Shown: positions 1-8,938 of the stretch, one piece after another
How positions within the stretch are numbered: position 1 is the first letter of the stretch
How the letters are laid out: every line of letters begins with the position of its first letter
IMG/VR virus record: IMGVR_UViG_3300030098_000047
Location: 1 to 56,448 of that record
Reading direction: 5' to 3' (one strand)
Origin: a virus
Taxonomy: Duplodnaviria; Caudoviricetes
DNA: 56,448 nt
Position numbers and translations under genes: made by a program
The notes under the pieces: generated by a model
The model's database searches: none
What the model was told of the DNA's origin: nothing
What the model saw: the letters and a program-made list of their open reading frames with translations, nothing else

Positions 1-226
1 TTGTGTTTATACAACAGGGCACATCAAAACTACCTGTAACATTAGAGGACGCAAGCTCCTTTGACCTACCTTACATTGTGTGGTGGTTTGCTGCGTATGG
101 AGAGCTAGGCGCAGGTATTGGATTATTATTTGGTGGACTACTAGTCAACTGGATTTTTGATACTCTTACACGCTTCAGTGGTATCGTAATGTGTTGTATA
201 ATGACAGGTGTAATATGGATAGGTGA
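1..226. repeat. Terminal overlap, copy 1 (matches 56223-56448)
   Basis: Base-by-base comparison gives 218/226 identity, with mismatches at 21, 74, 80, 89, 111, 128, 164 and 212. Confidence 0.97.
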
Positions 227-323
227 GCCTAGCAGTCTAACTGATGTAATACTGTACGATAATTTACACGTACTACTGTGGGTTGGTGGTTTGTTCTTTG
301 CGCTGAGAGGTAACAGGGTATGA
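3..323 (+). CDS. DoxX-family membrane protein (3' part; true start at 56165 across the circular junction)
   Basis: WLLRVPLAIVFIQQG..K, AAYGELGAGIGLLFGG and TRFSG motifs with about four hydrophobic helices, typical of DoxX. Confidence 0.75.
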   Translation: MFIQQGTSKLPVTLEDASSFDLPYIVWWFAAYGELGAGIGLLFGGLLVNWIFDTLTRFSGIVMCCIMTGVIWIGEPSSLTDVILYDNLHVLLWVGGLFFALRGNRV

Positions 324-469
324 GTGAGCAATACTGTACAACAAAAGGATTAGGATGGGCGTTCCTAGTGTGTATTATTTTTATACTAGGTGTGCCTGTA
401 GGTATGTGGTTGGCATTAGAAGGTGCATCATGGTATAAAATATTTAGCATGATGAACCCCATGTTCTAG
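320..469 (+). CDS. Small membrane protein, 49 aa (MSEQYCTTKGLGWAFLVCIIFILGVPVGMWLALEG...)
   Basis: ATGA overlap with the DoxX stop; one TM helix; translated by hand (below the ORF-track cutoff). Confidence 0.7.
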   Translation: MSEQYCTTKGLGWAFLVCIIFILGVPVGMWLALEGASWYKIFSMMNPMF

Positions 470-478
470 GATATAACT

Positions 479-640
479 ATGAGAAGATATAGAGAAATAG
501 AATGTCCAATATGCAAAGAATACTTTAATGCAACTAACCACGTATCGTGCCCAAAAGAATCTTGTAAGTCAACGCAAGATGGTTGGGAAGAAGAAACAGC
601 TACACAAATACAACAGACAAGTAGGGGGTTTAACAGATGA
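479..640 (+). CDS. Small Cys-containing (putative Zn-binding) protein, 53 aa
   Basis: MRRYREIECPICKEYFNATNHVSCPKESC: CxxC..CxxxxC; ATGA overlap with the next gene. Confidence 0.6.
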   Translation: MRRYREIECPICKEYFNATNHVSCPKESCKSTQDGWEEETATQIQQTSRGFNR

Positions 641-840
641 CGCCAAGAGAAGCCGCACAAAAGGAAGCAGAAACAACCTTTGATAATTTTATTATATGGA
701 CAAAGAAAGCCCTATGGTGGATCGCAGCTTGTTTTATATTACTAGCCATGTGTAACTTTGGGGTTGAGGACGGTAAAGATAAGACAGGATCACAGTATAA
801 TGGTGACGTGTATGCGCCTATGAACATAGGAGATAAATAA
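637..840 (+). CDS. aa3-type cytochrome c oxidase subunit IV-like membrane protein
   Basis: AETTFDNFIIWTKKALWWIAACFILLAMCN resembles the Rhodobacterales subunit IV pattern (QxxTFxGFI..TM..LALAN), from recall. Confidence 0.5.
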   Translation: MTPREAAQKEAETTFDNFIIWTKKALWWIAACFILLAMCNFGVEDGKDKTGSQYNGDVYAPMNIGDK

Positions 841-1091
841 TGTACACAGTAGAATTTGAAAAGGATGCCTCAGTAATTACATCACTAGATGAAACGAACA
901 GGTTTGAGGATGTCGAGATGGTAATCAGTGACGATGACACTGTTTATTTAAGACAATATGAGAACAGCTTGAACGAACACCAGATTATTTATATATCATA
1001 TCAACAATTACTAGACCTTGTTTCCTCTCTAAATAGTACAGAGGGAGCGTTCTATACAAAACTAAGAGGGGGTACTCTACATGACACATAA
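840..1091 (+). CDS. Hypothetical protein
   Basis: ORF with GGAG RBS, coupled to its neighbours. Confidence 0.75.
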   Translation: MYTVEFEKDASVITSLDETNRFEDVEMVISDDDTVYLRQYENSLNEHQIIYISYQQLLDLVSSLNSTEGAFYTKLRGGTLHDT

Positions 1092-1293
1092 GGATATATT
1101 TGACGAGATAAGATTGAACACGTTTGTTAAACGATTAGGACTGAGTATTGATGAAGCAGAACATGCATTAAGTTTGTATGCACATAATAAAAAGTTTGAC
1201 AAAGAGCTAGATTCACATTATAACGTAGATAACGATGTAATAGATGAGGACTGGGATACATGGGAAATCCCAAGTATTTATAAGGATAAATAA
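1081..1293 (+). CDS. Hypothetical acidic protein
   Basis: ORF with GAGG RBS; stop overlaps the polymerase start. Confidence 0.7.
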   Translation: MTHKDIFDEIRLNTFVKRLGLSIDEAEHALSLYAHNKKFDKELDSHYNVDNDVIDEDWDTWEIPSIYKDK

Positions 1294-3338
1294 TGAAACT
1301 GACACTCGACATAGAAAACACTGTGACCAAACGAAATGACAAGCTACACCTTGATCCTTTCGAGCCAGACAATACATTGGTTATGGTGGGTATGCTAGAT
1401 GATCGTGGAAACGAATACTGTGTAACATTTGATCACTCAGAGCATCAACCTACCACAGAAGGGCGGTACATTGTCCAGAAGAACTTGGACGATACTGCCC
1501 TTCTCATTATGCACAACGCATCACACGACTTGATGTGGTTATGGGAGTCAGGGTTCACTTACGATGGTGCAATCTTTGACACCATGTTAGGCGAGTATAT
1601 ACTACAGCGTGGACAGAAAGAACCACTGTCTCTTGAGGCTTGTGCTGAGAGGTATGACCTTGACACAAAGAAACAGGACAGCCTCAAGGAGTGGCTCAAA
1701 GCAGGTAAGTCTGTTCGTGACATGGATCACACTGTGTTATCTGACTACCTGTCTGCTGACCTACATGCTACGCAACAATTGTACAATCGTTTGCGGAAAC
1801 AGTACGAGGAGTGTAGCTCACTGGAAGGAACAATTAAGTTGACCAATCAACTGGCGGTACACCTTGCACGTATATACCAACGTGGGTTTGCCGTTGACTT
1901 GGACGCTCTGGAAGAGGTGCGTAAAGAGTTTGAACAGGAGCGTGACACATTGACACGTGAACTAGAAGAACATGTACGTGAACTGATGGGTGATAGACCT
2001 ATCAACCTCAATAGTCCAGAGCAATTATCTTGGGTTATATATAGTAAAAAACCTGATGATAAAAAAGTGTGGGCAAATTTATTTGACCAATATATGCCTG
2101 ATGCATTGTATCGTTCAATGGTACACAATAACTCAACTAAGTTATATAAGCAAAAGGCAAAGCAATGCCAGTCCTGTAGTGGTACTGGTTATACATATAA
2201 AACTAGAAAGGACGGTACACGATATGCTAAACCCAACAAATGTATTTCTTGTGGTGCTACTGGCTATATCTTTGTGGACATCACTAGCTCAGTTGCAGGG
2301 TTAAAATTTAATGCCCCAACTGCAAAATGGATTTCAGCTAATGGTTTCGCCACAAGCAAGGACAGACTTGTATACCTTGAAGGTGTGGCTAGACAACGTG
2401 ATATGCAAGACGCAGTGCAATTCTTACAGCGAGTGCGTAGGTTGTCTGCTGTTGACACATATCTCTCAAGCTTTGTGGAAGGTATCCACAATTATGTAAA
2501 ACAAGATGGTAAGCTGCACGTCAGCTTGCTGCAACACAGGACAGCTACTGGCAGATTGTCGGGGGCTAATCCTAACATGCAGAACATGCCTCGTGGGGGT
2601 ACGTTTCCAGTCAAGAGAGTGTTCAAGTCACGGTGGGATGGCGGCAAGATAATGGAAGCTGACTTTGCTCAGTTAGAGTTTCGTGTTGCTGCTTTTCTAT
2701 CTCAGGACAAGACAGCTATTGACGAGGTGACAACTGGCTTTGACGTACACAGTTATACCGCAAAGGTTATATCTGATGCAGGTCAAAACATTTCTAGACA
2801 GGATGCGAAGTCTCATACATTTGCTCCCCTGTATGGTGCTAGTGGCTTTGGACGTACCCCTGCAGAAGCTGCATACTATGAACAGTTTACCAAAAAGTAT
2901 TCTGGCATAGCTAGGTGGCACAAAGAATTGGCACGTGAAGCATTGGGTACAGGTAAGATAACGACACCATCAGGACGTGAGTTCTCATTTCCAGATGTGG
3001 TACGTAGATCTAATGGCAGTGTGACATATTTCACACAGATTAAAAACTTCCCTGTACAATCCTTTGCTACTGCCGACATCGTACCTATATCACTGATATA
3101 CATTGATCAGTTATTAGGTATCAATCAAATGCAATCATGCATAGTCAATACAGTACACGATTCAATCGTGATTGATGTGCATCCAAACGAGAAGGAGAAA
3201 GTACTAAGAGTAATAAAAGCTGCCAATGAATCACTGATTACTATAGTAAATCGTAAGTGGAATATAGACTTCAACTTACCATTATTATTAGAAGCAAAAA
3301 TAGGTGATAATTGGCTTGACACAGTAGACGTGTCGTGA
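1293..3338 (+). CDS. polA: DNA polymerase family A with 3'-5' exonuclease and DnaJ-like zinc-finger insertion
   Basis: ExoI LDIE, ExoII HNASHDL, TATGRLS, motif A DFAQLEFR, motif B RQDAKSHTFAPLYG, motif C VHDS; CQSCSGTG and CISCGATG. Confidence 0.97.
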   Translation: MKLTLDIENTVTKRNDKLHLDPFEPDNTLVMVGMLDDRGNEYCVTFDHSEHQPTTEGRYIVQKNLDDTALLIMHNASHDLMWLWESGFTYDGAIFDTMLGEYILQRGQKEPLSLEACAERYDLDTKKQDSLKEWLKAGKSVRDMDHTVLSDYLSADLHATQQLYNRLRKQYEECSSLEGTIKLTNQLAVHLARIYQRGFAVDLDALEEVRKEFEQERDTLTRELEEHVRELMGDRPINLNSPEQLSWVIYSKKPDDKKVWANLFDQYMPDALYRSMVHNNSTKLYKQKAKQCQSCSGTGYTYKTRKDGTRYAKPNKCISCGATGYIFVDITSSVAGLKFNAPTAKWISANGFATSKDRLVYLEGVARQRDMQDAVQFLQRVRRLSAVDTYLSSFVEGIHNYVKQDGKLHVSLLQHRTATGRLSGANPNMQNMPRGGTFPVKRVFKSRWDGGKIMEADFAQLEFRVAAFLSQDKTAIDEVTTGFDVHSYTAKVISDAGQNISRQDAKSHTFAPLYGASGFGRTPAEAAYYEQFTKKYSGIARWHKELAREALGTGKITTPSGREFSFPDVVRRSNGSVTYFTQIKNFPVQSFATADIVPISLIYIDQLLGINQMQSCIVNTVHDSIVIDVHPNEKEKVLRVIKAANESLITIVNRKWNIDFNLPLLLEAKIGDNWLDTVDVS

Positions 3339-3345
3339 TATAACT
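3316..3345 (+). promoter_or_regulatory. Sigma70-like promoter
   Basis: TTGACA(3316)-N17-TATAAC(3339), upstream of an AAGGAG RBS and the 3376 gene. Confidence 0.7.
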
Positions 3346-3375
3346 AAGATTCGTTTTAACAGAAAAGGAGAATAC

Positions 3376-4266
3376 ATGAACCAAGTATCAACAATAAACA
3401 CAGGAAACTTTAACGCAATGGCAGAAGCAATGGGGATGTCTGTTGACACCCAACAAAAGTCTCAGGCAAGTACGCTTGCTAGACTACGCATCAACCATTC
3501 ACCTATCATGGGTGAGGAAACCATCAATGGTAAGAAGGTTAAAGTGGAAGCTGTGTCTGGCGGTACATATAAGTTGGAGATACCAGATGGTGCAACTTAC
3601 TATGCTACCTCTGCTACAATACGTCCATACCTACAACGCTTTATGTATAAGCGATTTGTAAAAGGTAGTGACACTACACCTAATCGTTACATCAAAACCT
3701 TGATGGCTAATGATTTAAACAGTGACATGAAGGATAATGACGGTGGCTTCAACTGTGGTAAACCTGCAGGTTATATTGAAGACTTCAAAGCATTGCCTGA
3801 GAAGACACAAGATTTGATTCGTCAGATTAAACGTGTTCGTGTCTTGTTTGGCACAGTGCAACTACATAATATTGTAGATGACCAAGGTAAGTCTGTGGAA
3901 CTATCACCACAAGCATTTATCTACGAGATTGAGAACCGTGATGCATTTAAGATTGCAGGCACGATCTTCAACAAGCTAGGTAAAATGCGTAGGCTACCTG
4001 TGCAGCATAACATAGAGGCAACCACAGAGGAACGATCATTACCAAATGGTAACGTGTTCTATCTGCCTACACTAACACTTGACTTAGGTGAAACACTTGA
4101 GGTGGGTGACGGTGAGCAAGAAACCTTTGCTAATTTTATGGCGTGGATTGAGAACTACAATGAGTACATCAAGAACGCATGGAATGAAAATGCCTACAAG
4201 AATGATGATACCGATACTGATACGGTAGAGGAGTTCGTAGACATTGATGCAGAGGACTTTGCATAA
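3376..4266 (+). CDS. Putative single-stranded DNA-binding protein
   Basis: Lies between polymerase and exonuclease; acidic C-terminal tail ending in an aromatic residue (DIDAEDFA), as in T7 gp2.5-like SSBs. Confidence 0.6.
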   Translation: MNQVSTINTGNFNAMAEAMGMSVDTQQKSQASTLARLRINHSPIMGEETINGKKVKVEAVSGGTYKLEIPDGATYYATSATIRPYLQRFMYKRFVKGSDTTPNRYIKTLMANDLNSDMKDNDGGFNCGKPAGYIEDFKALPEKTQDLIRQIKRVRVLFGTVQLHNIVDDQGKSVELSPQAFIYEIENRDAFKIAGTIFNKLGKMRRLPVQHNIEATTEERSLPNGNVFYLPTLTLDLGETLEVGDGEQETFANFMAWIENYNEYIKNAWNENAYKNDDTDTDTVEEFVDIDAEDFA

Positions 4267-5117
4267 TGCACCATCCTGCTGAACTAGCAATACATCAGTA
4301 CCTTGAGAACGCTGCCAACGGTAAGTCTACTATGTCGGATGAAACAATCGACACGGTAGCACGTGAGGTAGCAGAGGCACTGAAGCGTCAGTTCGGTAGC
4401 GGTAATAAACGTGGTGAGTTCAGGTTAAGGATGTCCAACATTGGGCGTCCTACTTGCCAACTCTGGTTTGAAAAAAACAAACCTGAAACGGCATTACCAA
4501 AGCCGACTACATTTGTAATGAACATGATGTTAGGAGATATAGTTGAAGCTGTTTTTAAGGGTGTTCTTAAAGAGTCTAATGTGGCTTTTGAAGACACTGA
4601 TAAAGTTAGCCTTCCAGTGGGAGATAGTAATGATACTCACGTTTCTGGTAGTTATGATCTTATTGTAGATGGTGCAGTTGATGACGTTAAGTCAGCGTCA
4701 GACTGGTCTTACCGTAATAAGTTTGAGTCATATGACACGTTAGCTAGAGGAGATTCGTTTGGATATGTCGGGCAGTTGGCAGGGTATGCCAAAGCTGCAG
4801 GTAAAAAAGCAGGTGGTTGGTGGGTAGTCAACAAAGCCAACGGTGGTATCAAGTACGTACCTGCTGATAACCTAGACATGGAAGTGGAGTTGGACAAGAT
4901 CAAACAGACTGTGGAGACAGTCAATAAGAACGAGTTCAAACGATGCTTCAAGCCTGTACCTGAGTTCTTTAGGGGTAAACCTACAGGCAATATGGTACTT
5001 AATGATGGTTGCAAGTTCTGTGACTATCGACATGAGTGTTGGCCTAACATGGTAGAAGAGCCATCACGAATGTCAAAAGCAAAAGACCCTAAGATAGTGG
5101 CATACATACAGGAGTAA
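4266..5117 (+). CDS. PD-(D/E)XK (Cas4/RecB-like) exonuclease
   Basis: RMSNIGRPTCQLW, GSYDL..DDVKS, GYVGQLAGY and C-terminal CKFCDYRHEC (Fe-S ligand pattern). Confidence 0.85.
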   Translation: MHHPAELAIHQYLENAANGKSTMSDETIDTVAREVAEALKRQFGSGNKRGEFRLRMSNIGRPTCQLWFEKNKPETALPKPTTFVMNMMLGDIVEAVFKGVLKESNVAFEDTDKVSLPVGDSNDTHVSGSYDLIVDGAVDDVKSASDWSYRNKFESYDTLARGDSFGYVGQLAGYAKAAGKKAGGWWVVNKANGGIKYVPADNLDMEVELDKIKQTVETVNKNEFKRCFKPVPEFFRGKPTGNMVLNDGCKFCDYRHECWPNMVEEPSRMSKAKDPKIVAYIQE

Positions 5118-5119
5118 AC

Positions 5120-5344
5120 ATGATAGGTGATTCAGAAATTCAAGAGTTGCATGATAACATCAAGGAGATGGAACAGGAACTCTCTGAAAAAAAGAAAGCT
5201 TTGCGAGAGGCTAAGTACGCAGGATTACGTACAGCAATGCAAGCTCGTAAAGAAGCTGATGAAGCAGTTCGTCAGGAGCTAAAGGAACTAGGACTAGCGC
5301 CAACATCCTTTGGCGCACCATTACAATGGCACTGGAAGTTCTAG
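5120..5344 (+). CDS. Coiled-coil hypothetical protein
   Basis: ORF with AGGAG RBS; heptad-like charged sequence. Confidence 0.75.
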   Translation: MIGDSEIQELHDNIKEMEQELSEKKKALREAKYAGLRTAMQARKEADEAVRQELKELGLAPTSFGAPLQWHWKF

Positions 5345-5796
5345 TGGATGGTAAACGCTTTAAACATGCGTTGAAGCAGGGGTATAGGAGTGGACTTGAA
5401 ATAAAAGTCAAGGACTATCTGAGAGAACGTAAGGTACGTTTTAAGTACGAGTCTTTCAAGATAGAATGGGAAGACTTAATGTACCGCACCTATACTCCTG
5501 ACTTTATACTGCACAATGGACTAATAATAGAAACTAAAGGACGGTTTACATCAGACGATAGACGTAAGCATATTGCTATAAAAAAACAACACCCTGAACT
5601 TGACATACGTTTTGTGTTCGAGAACAGCAAACGCAAGTTGAGCAAGGGTGCTAAGAATACATATGCTACATGGTGTGAACGTAATATGTTCTTATATGCA
5701 GACAGGGTTATTCCAGAAGAATGGTTGAGTGAAAAAGGTAAAGATAATCACCCAGACTTAGTAGAGTTTCCTTATGAAAAAATAAAAAGGAGATGA
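5326..5796 (+). CDS. Endonuclease I / Holliday junction resolvase (T7 gp3-like); start may be GTG 5344
   Basis: YRSGLE, YTPDF, IIETKGRF, DIRFVF and TYATWCE motifs. Confidence 0.93.
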   Translation: MALEVLVDGKRFKHALKQGYRSGLEIKVKDYLRERKVRFKYESFKIEWEDLMYRTYTPDFILHNGLIIETKGRFTSDDRRKHIAIKKQHPELDIRFVFENSKRKLSKGAKNTYATWCERNMFLYADRVIPEEWLSEKGKDNHPDLVEFPYEKIKRR

Positions 5797-5797
5797 C

Positions 5798-6109
5798 ATG
5801 GGAGAGAACCATACCTTTATTGACTTTGATCCAAATGATTTCATCATACGAATTACTCCTGTAATGGAGAATGGTGAGTGGATTGGTGAGATTAATGTAG
5901 GTCAAGTAACTACTGGAGAAAATAATTTACCAGATACAGATTATGCACACCTTAGTATGTTGACAGACATGTTAATATGTGCTATTCCTTTAATAGAAAA
6001 AGACGATGTACTTAGAAAAGAACTTTTTAAGTTAGTAGAAGAACAATTTGAAAATGATAAACCTAAAGTAATAAAGCGTGACGGTAACGTTTTAAAGGTA
6101 AACTTTTAA
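5798..6109 (+). CDS. Hypothetical protein
   Basis: ORF with AAGGAG RBS; C-terminal GNVLKVNF. Confidence 0.75.
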   Translation: MGENHTFIDFDPNDFIIRITPVMENGEWIGEINVGQVTTGENNLPDTDYAHLSMLTDMLICAIPLIEKDDVLRKELFKLVEEQFENDKPKVIKRDGNVLKVNF

Positions 6110-6123
6110 AGAGGAGAACAAGA

Positions 6124-6390
6124 ATGGCAGATACAATAGATACACTAACACTTGGAGAAACAACAATCACACTGGATGATCCAGTAAATAAACCTACGCA
6201 TTACAACCACGCAGGTATTGAATGTATAGACGCCATTCGTGCTGCATTAACTCCAGAAGAATTTAAAGGTTACATAAAGGGTAACAATATAAAATATATT
6301 TGGCGTGAAGATTATAAGAACGGTGAGCAAGATTTAAGAAAAGCAAATTGGTATATGAATTATTATCTGGACAAGTTAGATGATAGTTAA
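6124..6390 (+). CDS. DUF3310-like (T7 gp1.7-related nucleotide kinase-like) protein
   Basis: DPVNKPTHY..GIECIDAI..KGNNIKYIWR..KNG.QDLRKA.WY signature. Confidence 0.85.
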   Translation: MADTIDTLTLGETTITLDDPVNKPTHYNHAGIECIDAIRAALTPEEFKGYIKGNNIKYIWREDYKNGEQDLRKANWYMNYYLDKLDDS

Positions 6391-6541
6391 AGTATTTCTT
6401 ACACTAGCTATTGATGAAGAAGAATACCCTATTCCTGTGGACGGTTTCATTGATCCAGAAATAGAGGACACACTACACGAATACATCCATGATATAGATG
6501 GTATAAAGATTAAACATATTAAAATAATTACGCAGGAGTAG
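6380..6541 (+). CDS. Hypothetical protein, 53 aa (MIVKVFLTLAIDEEEYPIPVDG...)
   Basis: Hand-translated ORF that fills the gap to the RNR gene. Confidence 0.65.
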   Translation: MIVKVFLTLAIDEEEYPIPVDGFIDPEIEDTLHEYIHDIDGIKIKHIKIITQE

Positions 6542-6543
6542 AC

Positions 6544-8448
6544 ATGAACAATTATTTACCCACAGACTATCAAGCATTTATACATACCTCTCGTTATGCT
6601 AGGTGGTTAGAGAAAGAACAAAGACGAGAGAGTTGGAGTGAAACAGTAGAACGTTATATGGATAATGTTGTACGTAAGGTTGCAGGTGACGATAGTTATA
6701 TAAATCAATTACGTGATGCTATACTTAGCCTAGACGTAATGCCTAGCATGAGAGCTATGATGACAGCAGGAGCAGCAGCAGACCGTGATAACATCTGCAT
6801 GTACAACTGTTCATATCTTCACGTAGATCATCCCCACGCCTTTGATGAAGCAATGTTCATCCTCTTGTGTGGCACTGGTGTTGGGTTCAGCGTAGAGCGT
6901 CAGTTCATTAGCAAGCTTCCCGAAGTACCTGAACTGTTCAATAGTGATACTACCATTGTGGTAAAGGACAGCAAGGAAGGGTGGGCTAAGTCTTATCGTC
7001 AACTCTTGGCTCTTCTATGGGCAGGTGAAATTCCACAATGGGATGTAAGTAGGGTCAGACCTGCAGGTTCTAGGCTAAAGACATTCGGTGGTAGAGCTAG
7101 TGGACCTGCACCTTTGGTTGATCTGTTTAACTTTACGGTATCAACATTTAAAAATGCACAGGGCAGACAGCTTAGTTCATTAGAATGTCACGACATCATG
7201 TGTTTCATAGGACAGATAGTTGTTGTAGGTGGTGTCAGACGTAGTGCTATGATCTCTCTGAGCAACCTGAGTGATGATCGTATGCGTCATGCTAAGTCAG
7301 GTCAATGGTGGAATGAGGCAGCACATAGGGCGTTAGCTAATAACAGTGTGTCGTATACAGAAAAGCCAGATTCAGAAACGTTTATGCGTGAGTGGCTGGC
7401 ATTGGTAGAAAGTAAATCAGGTGAGAGGGGTATATTTAATCGTGAAGCATCTAAGAAACAAGCTGCAAAGTATGGAAGACGTGATCCTGACCATGAGTTC
7501 GGCACTAATCCTTGTTCTGAAATTATATTACGATCAGGTCAAGTCTGCAATCTTACGGAAGTTGTGGTACGAGCCACAGATACGATGGAAGACTTGGAAA
7601 GAAAAGTCAGATGTGCCACAATACTTGGGACGATCCAAAGCACGTACACGAAATTTCCATATCTGCGAAAAGTGTGGCAGCGAAATACAGAAGAAGAGCG
7701 TCTGCTTGGTGTGTCACTCACAGGGGTAATGGACAACCCATTGATGACCACAAAGAACAAAGGACTGGAGAAGACCCTTGAACATTTACGTGAGGTTGCA
7801 GTTAACACTAATGCTATGTGGGCTGACCGTCTTGGTATTAATCATAGCACAGCAATATCGTGCAACAAACCATCAGGCACTGTATCACAACTCGTGGACT
7901 CAGCCAGTGGGATACATGCACGTCATAACGAGTATTACATTAGAACCGTTAGAGGAGATAATAATGATCCCCTTACAGCCATGATGAAAGATCAAGGCAT
8001 ACCTGCTGAACCATGTGTGTTTAATCCTGACACTACTACAGTGTTTAGCTTTCCAATGAAAGCACCGCACAAAGCTGTTACTCGTAATGACATGACAGCA
8101 GTTGAGCAGCTAGAGACATGGTTGATGTATCAACGGCATTGGTGTGAGCATAAACCTAGCGTGACCTGCACTGTACGTGACGATGAATGGCTAGAGGTAG
8201 GTGCATTTGTGTACAAACATTTTGATGAGATGTCAGGTGTGTCATTTCTACCACACTCTGATCATACTTATCAGCAAGCACCATATCAGGATTGTACTAA
8301 GGAAGAATATCAGGCATTACTAAAGCAGATGCCAAAGGCTATTGATTGGTCTGTATTATCTGACTATGAAAAAGAGGACGGTACTAGTTCGAGCCAAACG
8401 TTTGCTTGCACTGGTGATGTCTGTGAAGTTGTGGACATTGGAGCATAA
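6544..8448 (+). CDS. nrdJ: Class II (adenosylcobalamin-dependent) ribonucleotide reductase
   Basis: MPSMR, YNCS, GTGVGFS, VGGVRRSA, TNPCSEI, CNLTE, KPSGT and C-terminal ACTGDVCE; no small-subunit gene nearby. Confidence 0.93.
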   Translation: MNNYLPTDYQAFIHTSRYARWLEKEQRRESWSETVERYMDNVVRKVAGDDSYINQLRDAILSLDVMPSMRAMMTAGAAADRDNICMYNCSYLHVDHPHAFDEAMFILLCGTGVGFSVERQFISKLPEVPELFNSDTTIVVKDSKEGWAKSYRQLLALLWAGEIPQWDVSRVRPAGSRLKTFGGRASGPAPLVDLFNFTVSTFKNAQGRQLSSLECHDIMCFIGQIVVVGGVRRSAMISLSNLSDDRMRHAKSGQWWNEAAHRALANNSVSYTEKPDSETFMREWLALVESKSGERGIFNREASKKQAAKYGRRDPDHEFGTNPCSEIILRSGQVCNLTEVVVRATDTMEDLERKVRCATILGTIQSTYTKFPYLRKVWQRNTEEERLLGVSLTGVMDNPLMTTKNKGLEKTLEHLREVAVNTNAMWADRLGINHSTAISCNKPSGTVSQLVDSASGIHARHNEYYIRTVRGDNNDPLTAMMKDQGIPAEPCVFNPDTTTVFSFPMKAPHKAVTRNDMTAVEQLETWLMYQRHWCEHKPSVTCTVRDDEWLEVGAFVYKHFDEMSGVSFLPHSDHTYQQAPYQDCTKEEYQALLKQMPKAIDWSVLSDYEKEDGTSSSQTFACTGDVCEVVDIGA

Positions 8449-8459
8449 AGGAGAAGCGT

Positions 8460-8933
8460 ATGTTAGAACCAATTAAAGGATCGTATTATAGAAAGTTTCA
8501 ACCTCAGTCTTATAATGAGAATGACAGTAAGGCTAAGATAACAATAACAAACTATCTAGAGAGTATTGGACACACCATTATTGATATGAAAGAGGACTAC
8601 TCTTTTGATATAAAAAGCAAGAAGAATGGGTGTATGTATTACAGTGAGGTCGAGATGAAGAACCAATGGACAGGTGATTGGAATCCTAATTGGACAGAGA
8701 TACGTATTCCTTATCGTAAGCACAGATTAATTAATAAATATAAACAGATGCAGGATGACGAAACCTTTTGTAACTTTTATATCATACGCAGAGACTGTGA
8801 GAAAGCTTGGAGAATAAAGGACTACCAACTTACCAAGGAGTGTACAAAAGAGATATGGCTGTCTAATGCAAGACGTTACGAATATTTCTTTCACATACCA
8901 TATAAAGAAGCCGAACTAATAAATTTAGCATAA
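8460..8933 (+). CDS. Hypothetical protein, possible PD-(D/E)XK nuclease fold
   Basis: FDI...YSEVEMK motif; AAGGAG RBS. Confidence 0.55.
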   Translation: MLEPIKGSYYRKFQPQSYNENDSKAKITITNYLESIGHTIIDMKEDYSFDIKSKKNGCMYYSEVEMKNQWTGDWNPNWTEIRIPYRKHRLINKYKQMQDDETFCNFYIIRRDCEKAWRIKDYQLTKECTKEIWLSNARRYEYFFHIPYKEAELINLA

Positions 8934-8938
8934 GGAGA

